Shown in pieces: positions 56,418 through 64,000 of a stretch of 64,000 bases of DNA. Below the pieces are notes generated by a model. It made no database searches and was not told the DNA's origin. It saw nothing but the letters and a program-made list of their open reading frames with translations. Location: the sequence record OQ885479, one strand, 5' to 3'. Position 1 is the stretch's first letter, and each line of letters starts with the position of its first letter. Origin of the DNA: Escherichia phage SUT_E1520. Position numbers and translations under genes: made by a program.

Positions 56418-57213
56418 AAGGTCTACCCCCTAAATGAGCTTCTACACGAGCAATAAAATCAGGATCACTGAAAGCATCTACCGCACCTTTACCCCAGTAA
56501 GGGATACCGCGTTCTTCCAGCTGGTACATCTCACTACGAGTCATACCTTGATAGCTCGGTTCCGCCGCTAGGGCACTATCATAGTAGTTAACAACCATTA
56601 GCTTGGCAGCAGTCAAATTAAGAACAGGAAATAATTCCCAGTAGAAGTTAATTACTTGGTTAGAGCAACCAACCACAATGATCATATCTTGACTGGTAAT
56701 ACCATCAAAAACATTGTACATCTCCGCATATGCTGGAGCATGCTCTCCAAAGAAGATTACATTAGGTTTAACCCATTTATAATCATCTGGATCAATAGAA
56801 TTGTATCCTACATCAATAATCCGTTTATTGCTACTATTGTAGCTATCAGCTACAACAACCTCTTTTAAATATCCATGAATGTGTAGAATGTCATTATGTG
56901 GAACGCCAGAACGCTCAATAAGGTCATCAACGTTGGTAGTCAAGTTTACTACTTGACCTGGATATTGTTTATACCATTCACCGATACGCAAATGCGCAAG
57001 ATTGGGTTCAACAGTTTTTAGCTCTTCACGACGCTTGTTGTAAAACATATGGGTTTTATGATAAAAATTACCACGAAAGGCATGAATATTACATACTTCT
57101 TCTAGATCATAATCATCCCACAATGCTTTACCACTAGCAGTATCAGTACGAAAAGCTCGTACACCACTTTCAACACTCAAACCTGCACCGCTAATAACAA
57201 TTAATCTACGCAT
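56398..57213 (-). CDS. Sir2-like (sirtuin family) NAD-binding protein
   Basis: 271 aa; GAGLSVESGVRAFR matches the sirtuin GAGIS-ESGIP-FR motif; TTNVDDL, catalytic-His-like HIHG, VIFFGE; no CxxC zinc module seen. Confidence 0.7.
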   Translation of the reverse strand: MRRLIVISGAGLSVESGVRAFRTDTASGKALWDDYDLEEVCNIHAFRGNFYHKTHMFYNKRREELKTVEPNLAHLRIGEWYKQYPGQVVNLTTNVDDLIERSGVPHNDILHIHGYLKEVVVADSYNSSNKRIIDVGYNSIDPDDYKWVKPNVIFFGEHAPAYAEMYNVFDGITSQDMIIVVGCSNQVINFYWELFPVLNLTAAKLMVVNYYDSALAAEPSYQGMTRSEMYQLEERGIPYWGKGAVDAFSDPDFIARVEAHLGGRPYVSGNK

Positions 57214-57427
57214 TTTTCACCTGTTCTCTGAAGTTTTGCCCAATACTGTCTAATAGCTCAGCTAATTCTTTATTGCCTTTCTCCATTAAGGTATTAGCAA
57301 TAACTTCTAGCATAGTAGCGCAGGATTCAACACCATCCTTATAGCCAGTTTCCCAGTGCTGCATTAATGCGTTTTCCAAAGCGGCGTTTAAACCCTTATC
57401 TGGTAGCATCGGCTTCGAGAATGCCAT
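57206..57427 (-). CDS. hypothetical protein
   Basis: 73-aa ORF overlapping neighbours (translational coupling). Confidence 0.45.
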   Translation of the reverse strand: MAFSKPMLPDKGLNAALENALMQHWETGYKDGVESCATMLEVIANTLMEKGNKELAELLDSIGQNFREQVKNA

Positions 57428-57620
57428 AAAGTTTCTCCTCTAGTTCCATAACACGATTTTCATAAGAGGCACGCAACTTTTCAATTGCCAGCGCACGCAC
57501 TGTAACCTCGTTAGAATTAATAGCTAATTGGGCCAGGTCTTCTGTTTCCATACGTCCATTGTAAATTAAGCGATATTTAAGATGTTTTACATTCTTAGCC
57601 ATTATTAAACTCCACTGCAA
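57396..57620 (-). CDS. hypothetical protein
   Basis: 74-aa ORF. Confidence 0.45.
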   Translation of the reverse strand: MQWSLIMAKNVKHLKYRLIYNGRMETEDLAQLAINSNEVTVRALAIEKLRASYENRVMELEEKLYGILEADATR

Positions 57621-57975
57621 CTGTTTCTAGGTCTTCATCAGAAAAATTATAGTATACATCTTTAAGATACTGTTTAATACCTTTAGTAATATCTTCGTAT
57701 CCCTCGGGATTACGTTGGTATACTTTTAATACTCTATTATAAACAAATTCAATATCATACTTTATTTCATCCTCATCCTCGTCAAACAAGCAATCTGAGT
57801 TATATGGTGATACATCTAGATTTGTTTCTACCCAATCACCAATAATTGATGAATATCCAATACCCTCTAGATGGGAATAATCTCCAGTAGATGCAAAAAT
57901 AGCTTCTCTAAGATCGTCTACGCCAAGATGGAAACCACCACATGTAGACTCAACTATATAGGGCTTTAATTCCAT
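57595..57975 (-). CDS. hypothetical highly acidic protein
   Basis: 126 aa with about 28 Asp/Glu against about 10 Lys/Arg; first gene after a PN25-like promoter. Confidence 0.5.
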   Translation of the reverse strand: MELKPYIVESTCGGFHLGVDDLREAIFASTGDYSHLEGIGYSSIIGDWVETNLDVSPYNSDCLFDEDEDEIKYDIEFVYNRVLKVYQRNPEGYEDITKGIKQYLKDVYYNFSDEDLETVAVEFNNG

Positions 57976-58003
57976 ACCTTTCTCCTCTCAAATTTATAAA
58001 TCT

Positions 58004-58032
58004 ATTATATATAAATTTTTGGCTGAAAGCAA
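58004..58032 (-). promoter_or_regulatory. PN25-like early promoter (TTGCTT-17-TATAAT) with conserved leader
   Basis: rc reads TTATTTGCTTTCAG...TATAATAGATTTATAAATTTGAGAGGAG. Confidence 0.6.
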
Positions 58033-58042
58033 ATAAAATAAA

Positions 58043-58067
58043 AGCCAGGTCGACTAGCAACCCGGCT
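58043..58067 (-). terminator. weak stem-loop after nrdD
   Basis: AGCCGG-N-CCTGGCT imperfect stem followed by a T-rich tract. Confidence 0.3.
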
Positions 58068-58074
58068 GATTAGC

Positions 58075-59949
58075 TTATTTAGCTCGAATATCCTGATGTT
58101 TCACTCTGCCCATCACCTCGTGCTGTTTGCCGGGGTTAAATGGACGAGCACCCGGATTTCCAAGATACCCACAAACTCGACGAGTTACTTCAAGAGTTTC
58201 GGGGTCATGATTACCACAGATAGGGCACTTAAATCCATCTTCGGATGCTATTGTTTCACCTAAGAATCCACATTTACCGCAAGAATCCACTGGAGTATTA
58301 ATACCGAAGTAATGAACCTTACTAGCAGCATAATTAATAACCCATTCCAGTGCATCTGGGAATCGTTTCATATCCGGTAATTCTACGTAGGAAATACACC
58401 CACCAGAAGCAATCGGAGTAAAGTTAGATTCATAATCAAATTTCACGTTAGGAGCAACTTTACGTTCCACATCAAGGTGGTGAGAGTTAGTGTAGTATCC
58501 TTTGGACAGAATATCTTCATGTTCCGGGAAATATTCACGGTCTAGACGACAAAAGCGATCACATAGGGATTCTGATGGTGTAGCATACAGGCTATAACCT
58601 AACTTAGTTTCTTCCTTCTTCTGATCGACTCTATCCCGCATGTACTGCAATACACGCTGAACAAACTTGATGCAGGTCTCGGACATTGTGTCTATATCTT
58701 TGCCAAACATGAACTGTAGCATTTCATGGCAGCCAATATACCCTAGAGATACAGAAGCACGATTATAGAAATGATCGAATACATATTCATCAGGCTCCAA
58801 GCGTAACCCAAAGGCTCCTGACATATAGAGGATGGGTGCAGCTTTAGCTTGGATGTATTTTAAGCGATCAACTCTCCACTCCAATGCTTTTAACGCTGTA
58901 TCCACACGCAGTTCAAGCAAATCAAAAAATAGGTCAATATTTCCTTCAGCTTCGATAGCAATTCTAGGCAAGTTTACAGAAACAACACCTAAGTTATTAC
59001 GACCGGCAGTTTCACCATCTTCTGTAGCAGCTAGGAATGAACGACAGCCCATAGAAACTTTATAGTCTCCAGTAACTTCTACAACTTTGTCATAGCTGAT
59101 ATAATCTGGATACATACGTTCAGCAGTACATTTCATAGCTAACTTCTTGATGTCATAATTAACATCTCCTGGTTTCATGTTAACACCATCACGAAGTACA
59201 AATACCAGTTTCGGGAAGATAGCTGTACGTTTATTGATACCTAAACCATCCATGCGTACTTTCAGTATTGCTTTCTGTACTAGACGTGCTTCCCAAGAAG
59301 TTCCTAGACCAAAACCAAAGGTAATAAATGGACTCTGACCGTTAGAGTTGAACATGGTATTGATTTCATATTCTAAACCCTGACAAGCGTCATAGACTTC
59401 CTTTTCAGTCATCTCCGTAGCCATTACGGATGCTTTGGCTTCATCCTTAGTCCAACGTTTTGCAAACGCATGATTTTTGTCATATGATTTACGAACATAA
59501 GGGGCTAATACTTCATCAAGGCGGTCTACAGAAGTACCACCATACTGATGGGAGCTAACCTGAGTGATAATCTGAGCAGTAATAGCCGCCGCAGTAGTGA
59601 TAGAGTTTGGAGTGCTAATTTCAGCATTACCAACCTTCATACCATTCTTCAACATATCTTCCAAAGCTACCAGACAACAGTTAGTCATGCCTAATGCAGC
59701 ATAATCAGCATCATGGAAATGAATATCCCCAATCATATGAGCATTTCGAATCTGAATTGGCATTTCTTCTAGAATCAGATACTTACTCAATTCACCTGCA
59801 AGCATATCCCTTTGTGTAGGGAAACGTTCTGAGGGTTTATTAGCATTATTAAACAGCAGCTCTTCATCTGCTGACCCTTCGATAATCTCTTTGCAGTTTC
59901 TAATTAACGCCTGCATTTCTTTATACTTTAGTTCTTCATTGCGATTCAT
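58075..59949 (-). CDS. nrdD: anaerobic ribonucleoside-triphosphate reductase (class III)
   Basis: 624 aa; C-terminal zinc ribbon CGKCGF...CPICG and glycyl-radical motif RVCGYLG. Confidence 0.9.
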   Translation of the reverse strand: MNRNEELKYKEMQALIRNCKEIIEGSADEELLFNNANKPSERFPTQRDMLAGELSKYLILEEMPIQIRNAHMIGDIHFHDADYAALGMTNCCLVALEDMLKNGMKVGNAEISTPNSITTAAAITAQIITQVSSHQYGGTSVDRLDEVLAPYVRKSYDKNHAFAKRWTKDEAKASVMATEMTEKEVYDACQGLEYEINTMFNSNGQSPFITFGFGLGTSWEARLVQKAILKVRMDGLGINKRTAIFPKLVFVLRDGVNMKPGDVNYDIKKLAMKCTAERMYPDYISYDKVVEVTGDYKVSMGCRSFLAATEDGETAGRNNLGVVSVNLPRIAIEAEGNIDLFFDLLELRVDTALKALEWRVDRLKYIQAKAAPILYMSGAFGLRLEPDEYVFDHFYNRASVSLGYIGCHEMLQFMFGKDIDTMSETCIKFVQRVLQYMRDRVDQKKEETKLGYSLYATPSESLCDRFCRLDREYFPEHEDILSKGYYTNSHHLDVERKVAPNVKFDYESNFTPIASGGCISYVELPDMKRFPDALEWVINYAASKVHYFGINTPVDSCGKCGFLGETIASEDGFKCPICGNHDPETLEVTRRVCGYLGNPGARPFNPGKQHEVMGRVKHQDIRAK

Positions 59950-59978
59950 TATACTCTCCTTCTCTAACTAAGACTACT

Positions 59979-60007
59979 ATTATAACTCATTCGAGGGCGG
60001 ATGTCAA
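59979..60007 (-). promoter_or_regulatory. consensus sigma70 promoter for nrdD (TTGACA-17-TATAAT)
   Basis: rc of 60002-60007 is TTGACA, 17-bp spacer, rc of 59979-59984 is TATAAT; then GAAGGAGAG SD. Confidence 0.65.
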
Positions 60008-60058
60008 CAATATTTTACTATAAAGTTCTGTAACATGATCTGAGTCAAAAAATTTTAT

Positions 60059-60087
60059 TTGCCAATCTCTATTAAAAATTGTATAAT
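60059..60087 (+). promoter_or_regulatory. sigma70 promoter (TTGCCA-17-TGnTATAAT)
   Basis: read directly on the + strand in the divergent nrdD / phoH control region. Confidence 0.5.
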
Positions 60088-60199
60088 CACACACTCGTGC
60101 ACGCGATATAAAATGATTATCTAGTATCACACATCTCACGTTAAAAGCAAGCAAATTTTTTATTTAAATGCAATATCATAGGCTTATTTAAAATTGTAG

Positions 60200-60228
60200 T
60201 TGCTTTTTACTGTATATATTGGTATAAT
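60200..60228 (+). promoter_or_regulatory. sigma70 promoter (TTGCTT-17-TATAAT) upstream of phoH
   Basis: -35 at 60200-60205, -10 at 60223-60228, AT-rich upstream. Confidence 0.55.
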
Positions 60229-60301
60229 ATATTTGTAAGTTGATAAACAAGATCTTTTTGTTGATCCTCTGTTAGCGAAGTACACTATAGGAGTGTTATT
60301 T

Positions 60302-61054
60302 ATGGGAAAAGCACGTCAAAAAAGAGAGAACCGTAATGGTTCAAGAAAGCGTGGCAACAAATATGAGAATAACGTAATTCAGGCTGATTTTTCTAATGAT
60401 TACGCTAACCCAGTTGCTAAATCCCTAGTAGGTAAAAACCGCGAGCAAAAATCATATATCAATATGATCAAGAACAACACAGTGACTGTGGGTATCGGTG
60501 AGCCAGGTACTGGTAAAACCTTTATTCCGTCCGTTCTTGCAGCTCAGGAACTCGCAGACATTCACTCAGATATTGAGCAAGTGATTCTCGTACGTCCTAA
60601 TGAACCTCTAGGTAAGTCTCTTGGTATGCTTCCTGGTGATCTAGCGGAAAAGCTAGAGCCTTGGTTGGAGCCAATAGCTGATGGTATGAAATGGGCCATC
60701 GGCGATCATGCGTATAAAGGATATGTCGAACGTCAGAAAATTAAATTTTTGGCTGTCGAACATGCTCGTGGCAGAACTTTCAACAACTCCTATGTAATTG
60801 TCGATGAAGCTCAGAATATTTCCGTTGAGGCAATGATTTGTCTCCTAACTCGTGTAGGACAAGACTGCCGTTTAATTATCTGCGGAGATATAGCTCAGAA
60901 AGACATTAAAGGTGACTCAGGTCTAGCACTCCTTATGGAAGTCTATGAAAAATACGAAAATGCCCCATTCTCAATGATCGAATTGATTGATAACGTTCGT
61001 TCTGTTGAGTCTAAAGCATTCTATGATATTTTTAAAGACATGGGGAAGGTGTAA
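60302..61054 (+). CDS. phoH: PhoH-like ATPase
   Basis: Walker A GEPGTGKTF, Walker B VIVDEAQN; start at ATG 60302 with GGAG SD. Confidence 0.85.
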   Translation: MGKARQKRENRNGSRKRGNKYENNVIQADFSNDYANPVAKSLVGKNREQKSYINMIKNNTVTVGIGEPGTGKTFIPSVLAAQELADIHSDIEQVILVRPNEPLGKSLGMLPGDLAEKLEPWLEPIADGMKWAIGDHAYKGYVERQKIKFLAVEHARGRTFNNSYVIVDEAQNISVEAMICLLTRVGQDCRLIICGDIAQKDIKGDSGLALLMEVYEKYENAPFSMIELIDNVRSVESKAFYDIFKDMGKV

Positions 61055-61055
61055 T

Positions 61056-61277
61056 ATGGGAAACGTCGTTCATCTGAGCCGTAAAACTAAAATACATCGT
61101 ACTTCACTGAGTGCTGCTAATATGATTACACGTAAGGAAGGGGAAGAAAGTCCTAAGACAACCCTAGCGTGGAAAATTGTAACCTCAAATCCAAATAAAC
61201 CATTCAATTATAACGAGCTGAGCACCTCCATAGATATTCTATTAAAAGAAGTAGCTAGAGCTAAAGTAATTGAATAA
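61056..61277 (+). CDS. hypothetical protein
   Basis: 73 aa; ATG 2 nt after phoH stop, GGGGAAGG SD. Confidence 0.45.
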   Translation: MGNVVHLSRKTKIHRTSLSAANMITRKEGEESPKTTLAWKIVTSNPNKPFNYNELSTSIDILLKEVARAKVIE

Positions 61278-61419
61278 GCTAAAAAGCTAGACTGGTAATA
61301 TACAGGGCCTGGGTATGAAAATACTCGGGCCTTTTCTATCAGAAAATTTTATTTGCCTAATGACCGATAATAAAGTAGAATATTCCTTAAATCCTGATAA
61401 CTATAAAAAGGAAAGCCAA

Positions 61420-63753
61420 ATGAGCCATCGCATTGAAAAAGTAATTAAACGTGACGGTACTGTAGAAGACTTTGCTCCTGAAAAACTCAATGGTTGGGCG
61501 GAGTATGGTTGCAAAACAGTTGATGTAAGTTGGTCAGCCATTACTATGGCTGCTCAAAAAACTCTGCCTAAAGGGGTTGTAGATTCCGACACTCTGATGG
61601 ATGCATTAATTAAAGCTGCTGAAAGTCTTATCAAAGATAATCCAGCATATGATGTGCCAGCAAAGGAATTACGTCTTGCGCAAATGCGTAAACGCCTCTA
61701 TGATTCCTTCGAACCACCTTCTCTGCGCTTCTTCCATGACCATATGGTTAGCGTAGGTGCATGGGAAGACATGAGTGCATGGATTACCGATGAGCAATTT
61801 GAAGCTCTGAATCAGGTTATCGACCATGATCGTGACCGTCTTTTTACTAGTGGTGGGCTGAAACAGTTCTTTGATAAGTATTCCCGTCGTAACATAGCCA
61901 CTGGTGAAATCTATGAAACTCCGCAGTTTGCCTACATGGGTATGGCAATGGCGATGTTATCTCAACCTAACTGGACAATTCTAGATGCAATCGACCTCTA
62001 CAACGCAATGTCACTCCACAAAATCAACATTCCTACGCCGCCACTGGTTGGTCTGCGCTCTAGTGACCGTGGATTTGCTAGTTGCTGCCTCGTGGATTCC
62101 ACTGACACGTTGGATTCAATCGACACCGCCGAGCACATCGTCTTCAAAATGGTCGCAGCCAGAGCGGGAATCGGGTATCATCTTGAAAGCCGATCAATTG
62201 CTGATCCGGTGCGAAATGGGGCATTCCCGCATTCCGGAAAACTGCCATATTATCGACACATTGACCGCTCAGTAAAGGCCAATACTCAGCAAACTCGTGG
62301 TGGTTCTGCCACAGTGTCTTATACGTACTTCGACCCTGAAATCATTCAATTGATGCAGGTTAAGCAACAACGTGCTACAGATGAGAATAAAATCGATAAG
62401 ATGGACTATTCTCTGAGCTTTAACAATCTTTTGTTAAAACGTTATCTTAAAAACGAAGATATTACGCTAATGTCATACTTCTATGCTCCAGAAGTTCATG
62501 AAGCGTTTTATAGTGATGACGAGGCTAAATTTGAAGAAATCTACGTGGCAGCGGAGAAACGTGTGGCATCTCTTACAAAGATCGACCACGAAGGAAAAAC
62601 AGTTCCAGCAGCTCCTAAAGTCTCTGCAAAAGAAATCCTAGATACTTGGCTACGTATCCGAATGGAAACAGGACGTATGTATGCTCATCACATCGGGGAA
62701 TCTAATCGTCACGGTAACTTCCTTGATCCGATCCGTATGACAAACCTTTGTGTTGAAATTACTCAGCCTACACGCCCGTTCCATCATATCACGGAACTGT
62801 ATAAAACAAAAGAACAACTTGATCAAATGAAGCCGGAGGATATTGGTGAAGTATCTCTGTGTAACTTAGGCGGTGTTGTACTTGGACGCATGGAATCTCT
62901 GGCTGAGTGGGAAAAAACTTGCTACATCCTTCTGAAATTCGTTGATACAATTATTGAAATTCAGGATTATCCGTTCCCAACTATGGAATATACGGCTAAG
63001 AAACGTCGTAATGTTGGTATTGGCCTGATGAACGCAGCAGGTGCAATGGCAGCAGAAGGTCTGGCTTATGAAGGTATTGAAGCTCGTAACTGGATTCACC
63101 GTGAGGCTGAAAAACTGTCTTACTTCCTGCATAAAGCCTCTGTACGCCTAGCTAAAGAACAGGGTGCATGTGAGTGGTTTGATCGTACTAAACCATCTAA
63201 AGGAATTCTGGTAATCGACACGTACAAGAAAACTGTTGATGAACTGGTATCCGTAGGTCTAGAAATGGATTGGGAGTCTCTGCGTGCAGATATTCTGAAA
63301 TATGGTATGCGTAACTCTGTTCTGACTGCTCAGATGCCGGGAGAAAGTTCTTCTGTTCTGTTAGGTGTTACTAACTCTATCGAACCACCTCGTAAGATTG
63401 TATCTATCAAGGGTAGTGCAGTAAATAAAGTAATTGCAATTGCTCCAGGTGCAACCGATTGGGAAACGTTAATGAGCTATAAACTGGCTTATGATGTAGA
63501 TCGTATCGAGTGGATCAAGTGGGTAGCAACTATGCAGAAATTCTTCAGTCAGTCTATCAGTACGAATATGTACTATGACTACACCAAGTTTGAGAATGAA
63601 ATCATTCCTGGCCCAGTAGTAGTTCGTGATTTCATGACTGCTGTTAAGTATGGGTGGAAAACTTTCTACTATGCAAACTTCAATACTGCAAATGGTGGAG
63701 GTGCAGGTGAAGAAGCTGCTGCTGGATGTGCATCCGGTGGTTGTCAATTATAA
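61420..63753 (+). CDS. nrdA: ribonucleoside-diphosphate reductase large subunit (class Ia)
   Basis: N-terminal ATP-cone (KVIKRDGTVEDF), active-site NLCVEI, C-terminal Cys pair; start at ATG 61420 with AAAGGAAAG SD. Confidence 0.9.
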   Translation: MSHRIEKVIKRDGTVEDFAPEKLNGWAEYGCKTVDVSWSAITMAAQKTLPKGVVDSDTLMDALIKAAESLIKDNPAYDVPAKELRLAQMRKRLYDSFEPPSLRFFHDHMVSVGAWEDMSAWITDEQFEALNQVIDHDRDRLFTSGGLKQFFDKYSRRNIATGEIYETPQFAYMGMAMAMLSQPNWTILDAIDLYNAMSLHKINIPTPPLVGLRSSDRGFASCCLVDSTDTLDSIDTAEHIVFKMVAARAGIGYHLESRSIADPVRNGAFPHSGKLPYYRHIDRSVKANTQQTRGGSATVSYTYFDPEIIQLMQVKQQRATDENKIDKMDYSLSFNNLLLKRYLKNEDITLMSYFYAPEVHEAFYSDDEAKFEEIYVAAEKRVASLTKIDHEGKTVPAAPKVSAKEILDTWLRIRMETGRMYAHHIGESNRHGNFLDPIRMTNLCVEITQPTRPFHHITELYKTKEQLDQMKPEDIGEVSLCNLGGVVLGRMESLAEWEKTCYILLKFVDTIIEIQDYPFPTMEYTAKKRRNVGIGLMNAAGAMAAEGLAYEGIEARNWIHREAEKLSYFLHKASVRLAKEQGACEWFDRTKPSKGILVIDTYKKTVDELVSVGLEMDWESLRADILKYGMRNSVLTAQMPGESSSVLLGVTNSIEPPRKIVSIKGSAVNKVIAIAPGATDWETLMSYKLAYDVDRIEWIKWVATMQKFFSQSISTNMYYDYTKFENEIIPGPVVVRDFMTAVKYGWKTFYYANFNTANGGGAGEEAAAGCASGGCQL

Positions 63754-63757
63754 TAAA

Positions 63758-63780
63758 TAAGGGGCGAAAGCCCCTTTATT
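63758..63780 (+). terminator. stem-loop after nrdA
   Basis: AAGGGGC-GAAA-GCCCCTT followed by TATTA. Confidence 0.55.
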
Positions 63781-63808
63781 AGGCCTATCATAGCTGTAAT
63801 TTTAGATT

Positions 63809-64000
63809 ATGGAAGAAAAATATAAAGAAATAGCTGGGTTATTTGACTATAATCCAGAAACTGGAATCTTTACCCACAAACCTAGAGAAGATAAATCCTT
63901 TAATACTAAGTTTGCTGGCAAAGAAGCAGGTTCTCTAGAAAAATGCTCAGGGTATATAGTAATGCAAGTAAGGGGTAAAAAATACTATGCACATATCCTA
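63809..64000 (+). CDS. HNH homing endonuclease, N-terminal fragment (continues past window end)
   Basis: N-terminus with GYIVMQVRGKKYYAHIL, resembling the GY...V...GK...HRL start of phage HNH endonucleases. Confidence 0.5.
   Translation, partial: MEEKYKEIAGLFDYNPETGIFTHKPREDKSFNTKFAGKEAGSLEKCSGYIVMQVRGKKYYAHIL

Overview
This window reads as a contiguous piece of a T5-like (Tequintavirus-type) siphophage genome, laid out in three blocks. (1) Positions 1-7000 are a pre-early, first-step-transfer-like region on the + strand with A2-like, A1-like and Dmp-like genes; it is preceded by a ~1 kb ORF-free control region carrying DnaA-box-like 9-mers and followed by a minus-strand array of five tiny membrane-peptide genes and an llp-like lipoprotein gene. 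(2) Positions 7466-33057 are the late structural module on the + strand: receptor-binding protein pb5, terminase small and large subunits, HNH endonuclease, portal, decoration protein, prohead protease, major capsid protein, neck and tail-completion proteins, tail tube, chaperones, tape measure, Dit, baseplate hub, pb4, collar and an L-shaped tail fibre with a C-terminal self-cleaving chaperone domain. (3) Positions 33114-59949 are the early replication and nucleotide-metabolism module on the - strand (dUTPase, flap endonuclease, SbcCD-like pair, helicases, family-A DNA polymerase, primase, split NAD-dependent ligase, origin-binding-type helicase, HAD phosphatase, Sir2-like protein, NrdD), followed by divergent + strand phoH, nrdA and the start of an HNH endonuclease. 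Early genes are served by a family of AT-rich sigma70-type promoters, including PN25-like copies, and by clear rho-independent terminators. All calls rest on reading motifs, gene sizes and gene order from the sequence and on recalled T5 biology; no database search or RNA folding was run, and all coordinates for small elements are hand-counted. Most of the window is canonical T5-like content. The loci I consider least explained are the ORF-free island at 54453-55074, the small membrane-peptide array at 6170-6998, the DnaA-box region at 120-1000 and the HAD/Sir2 gene pair at 55905-57213.
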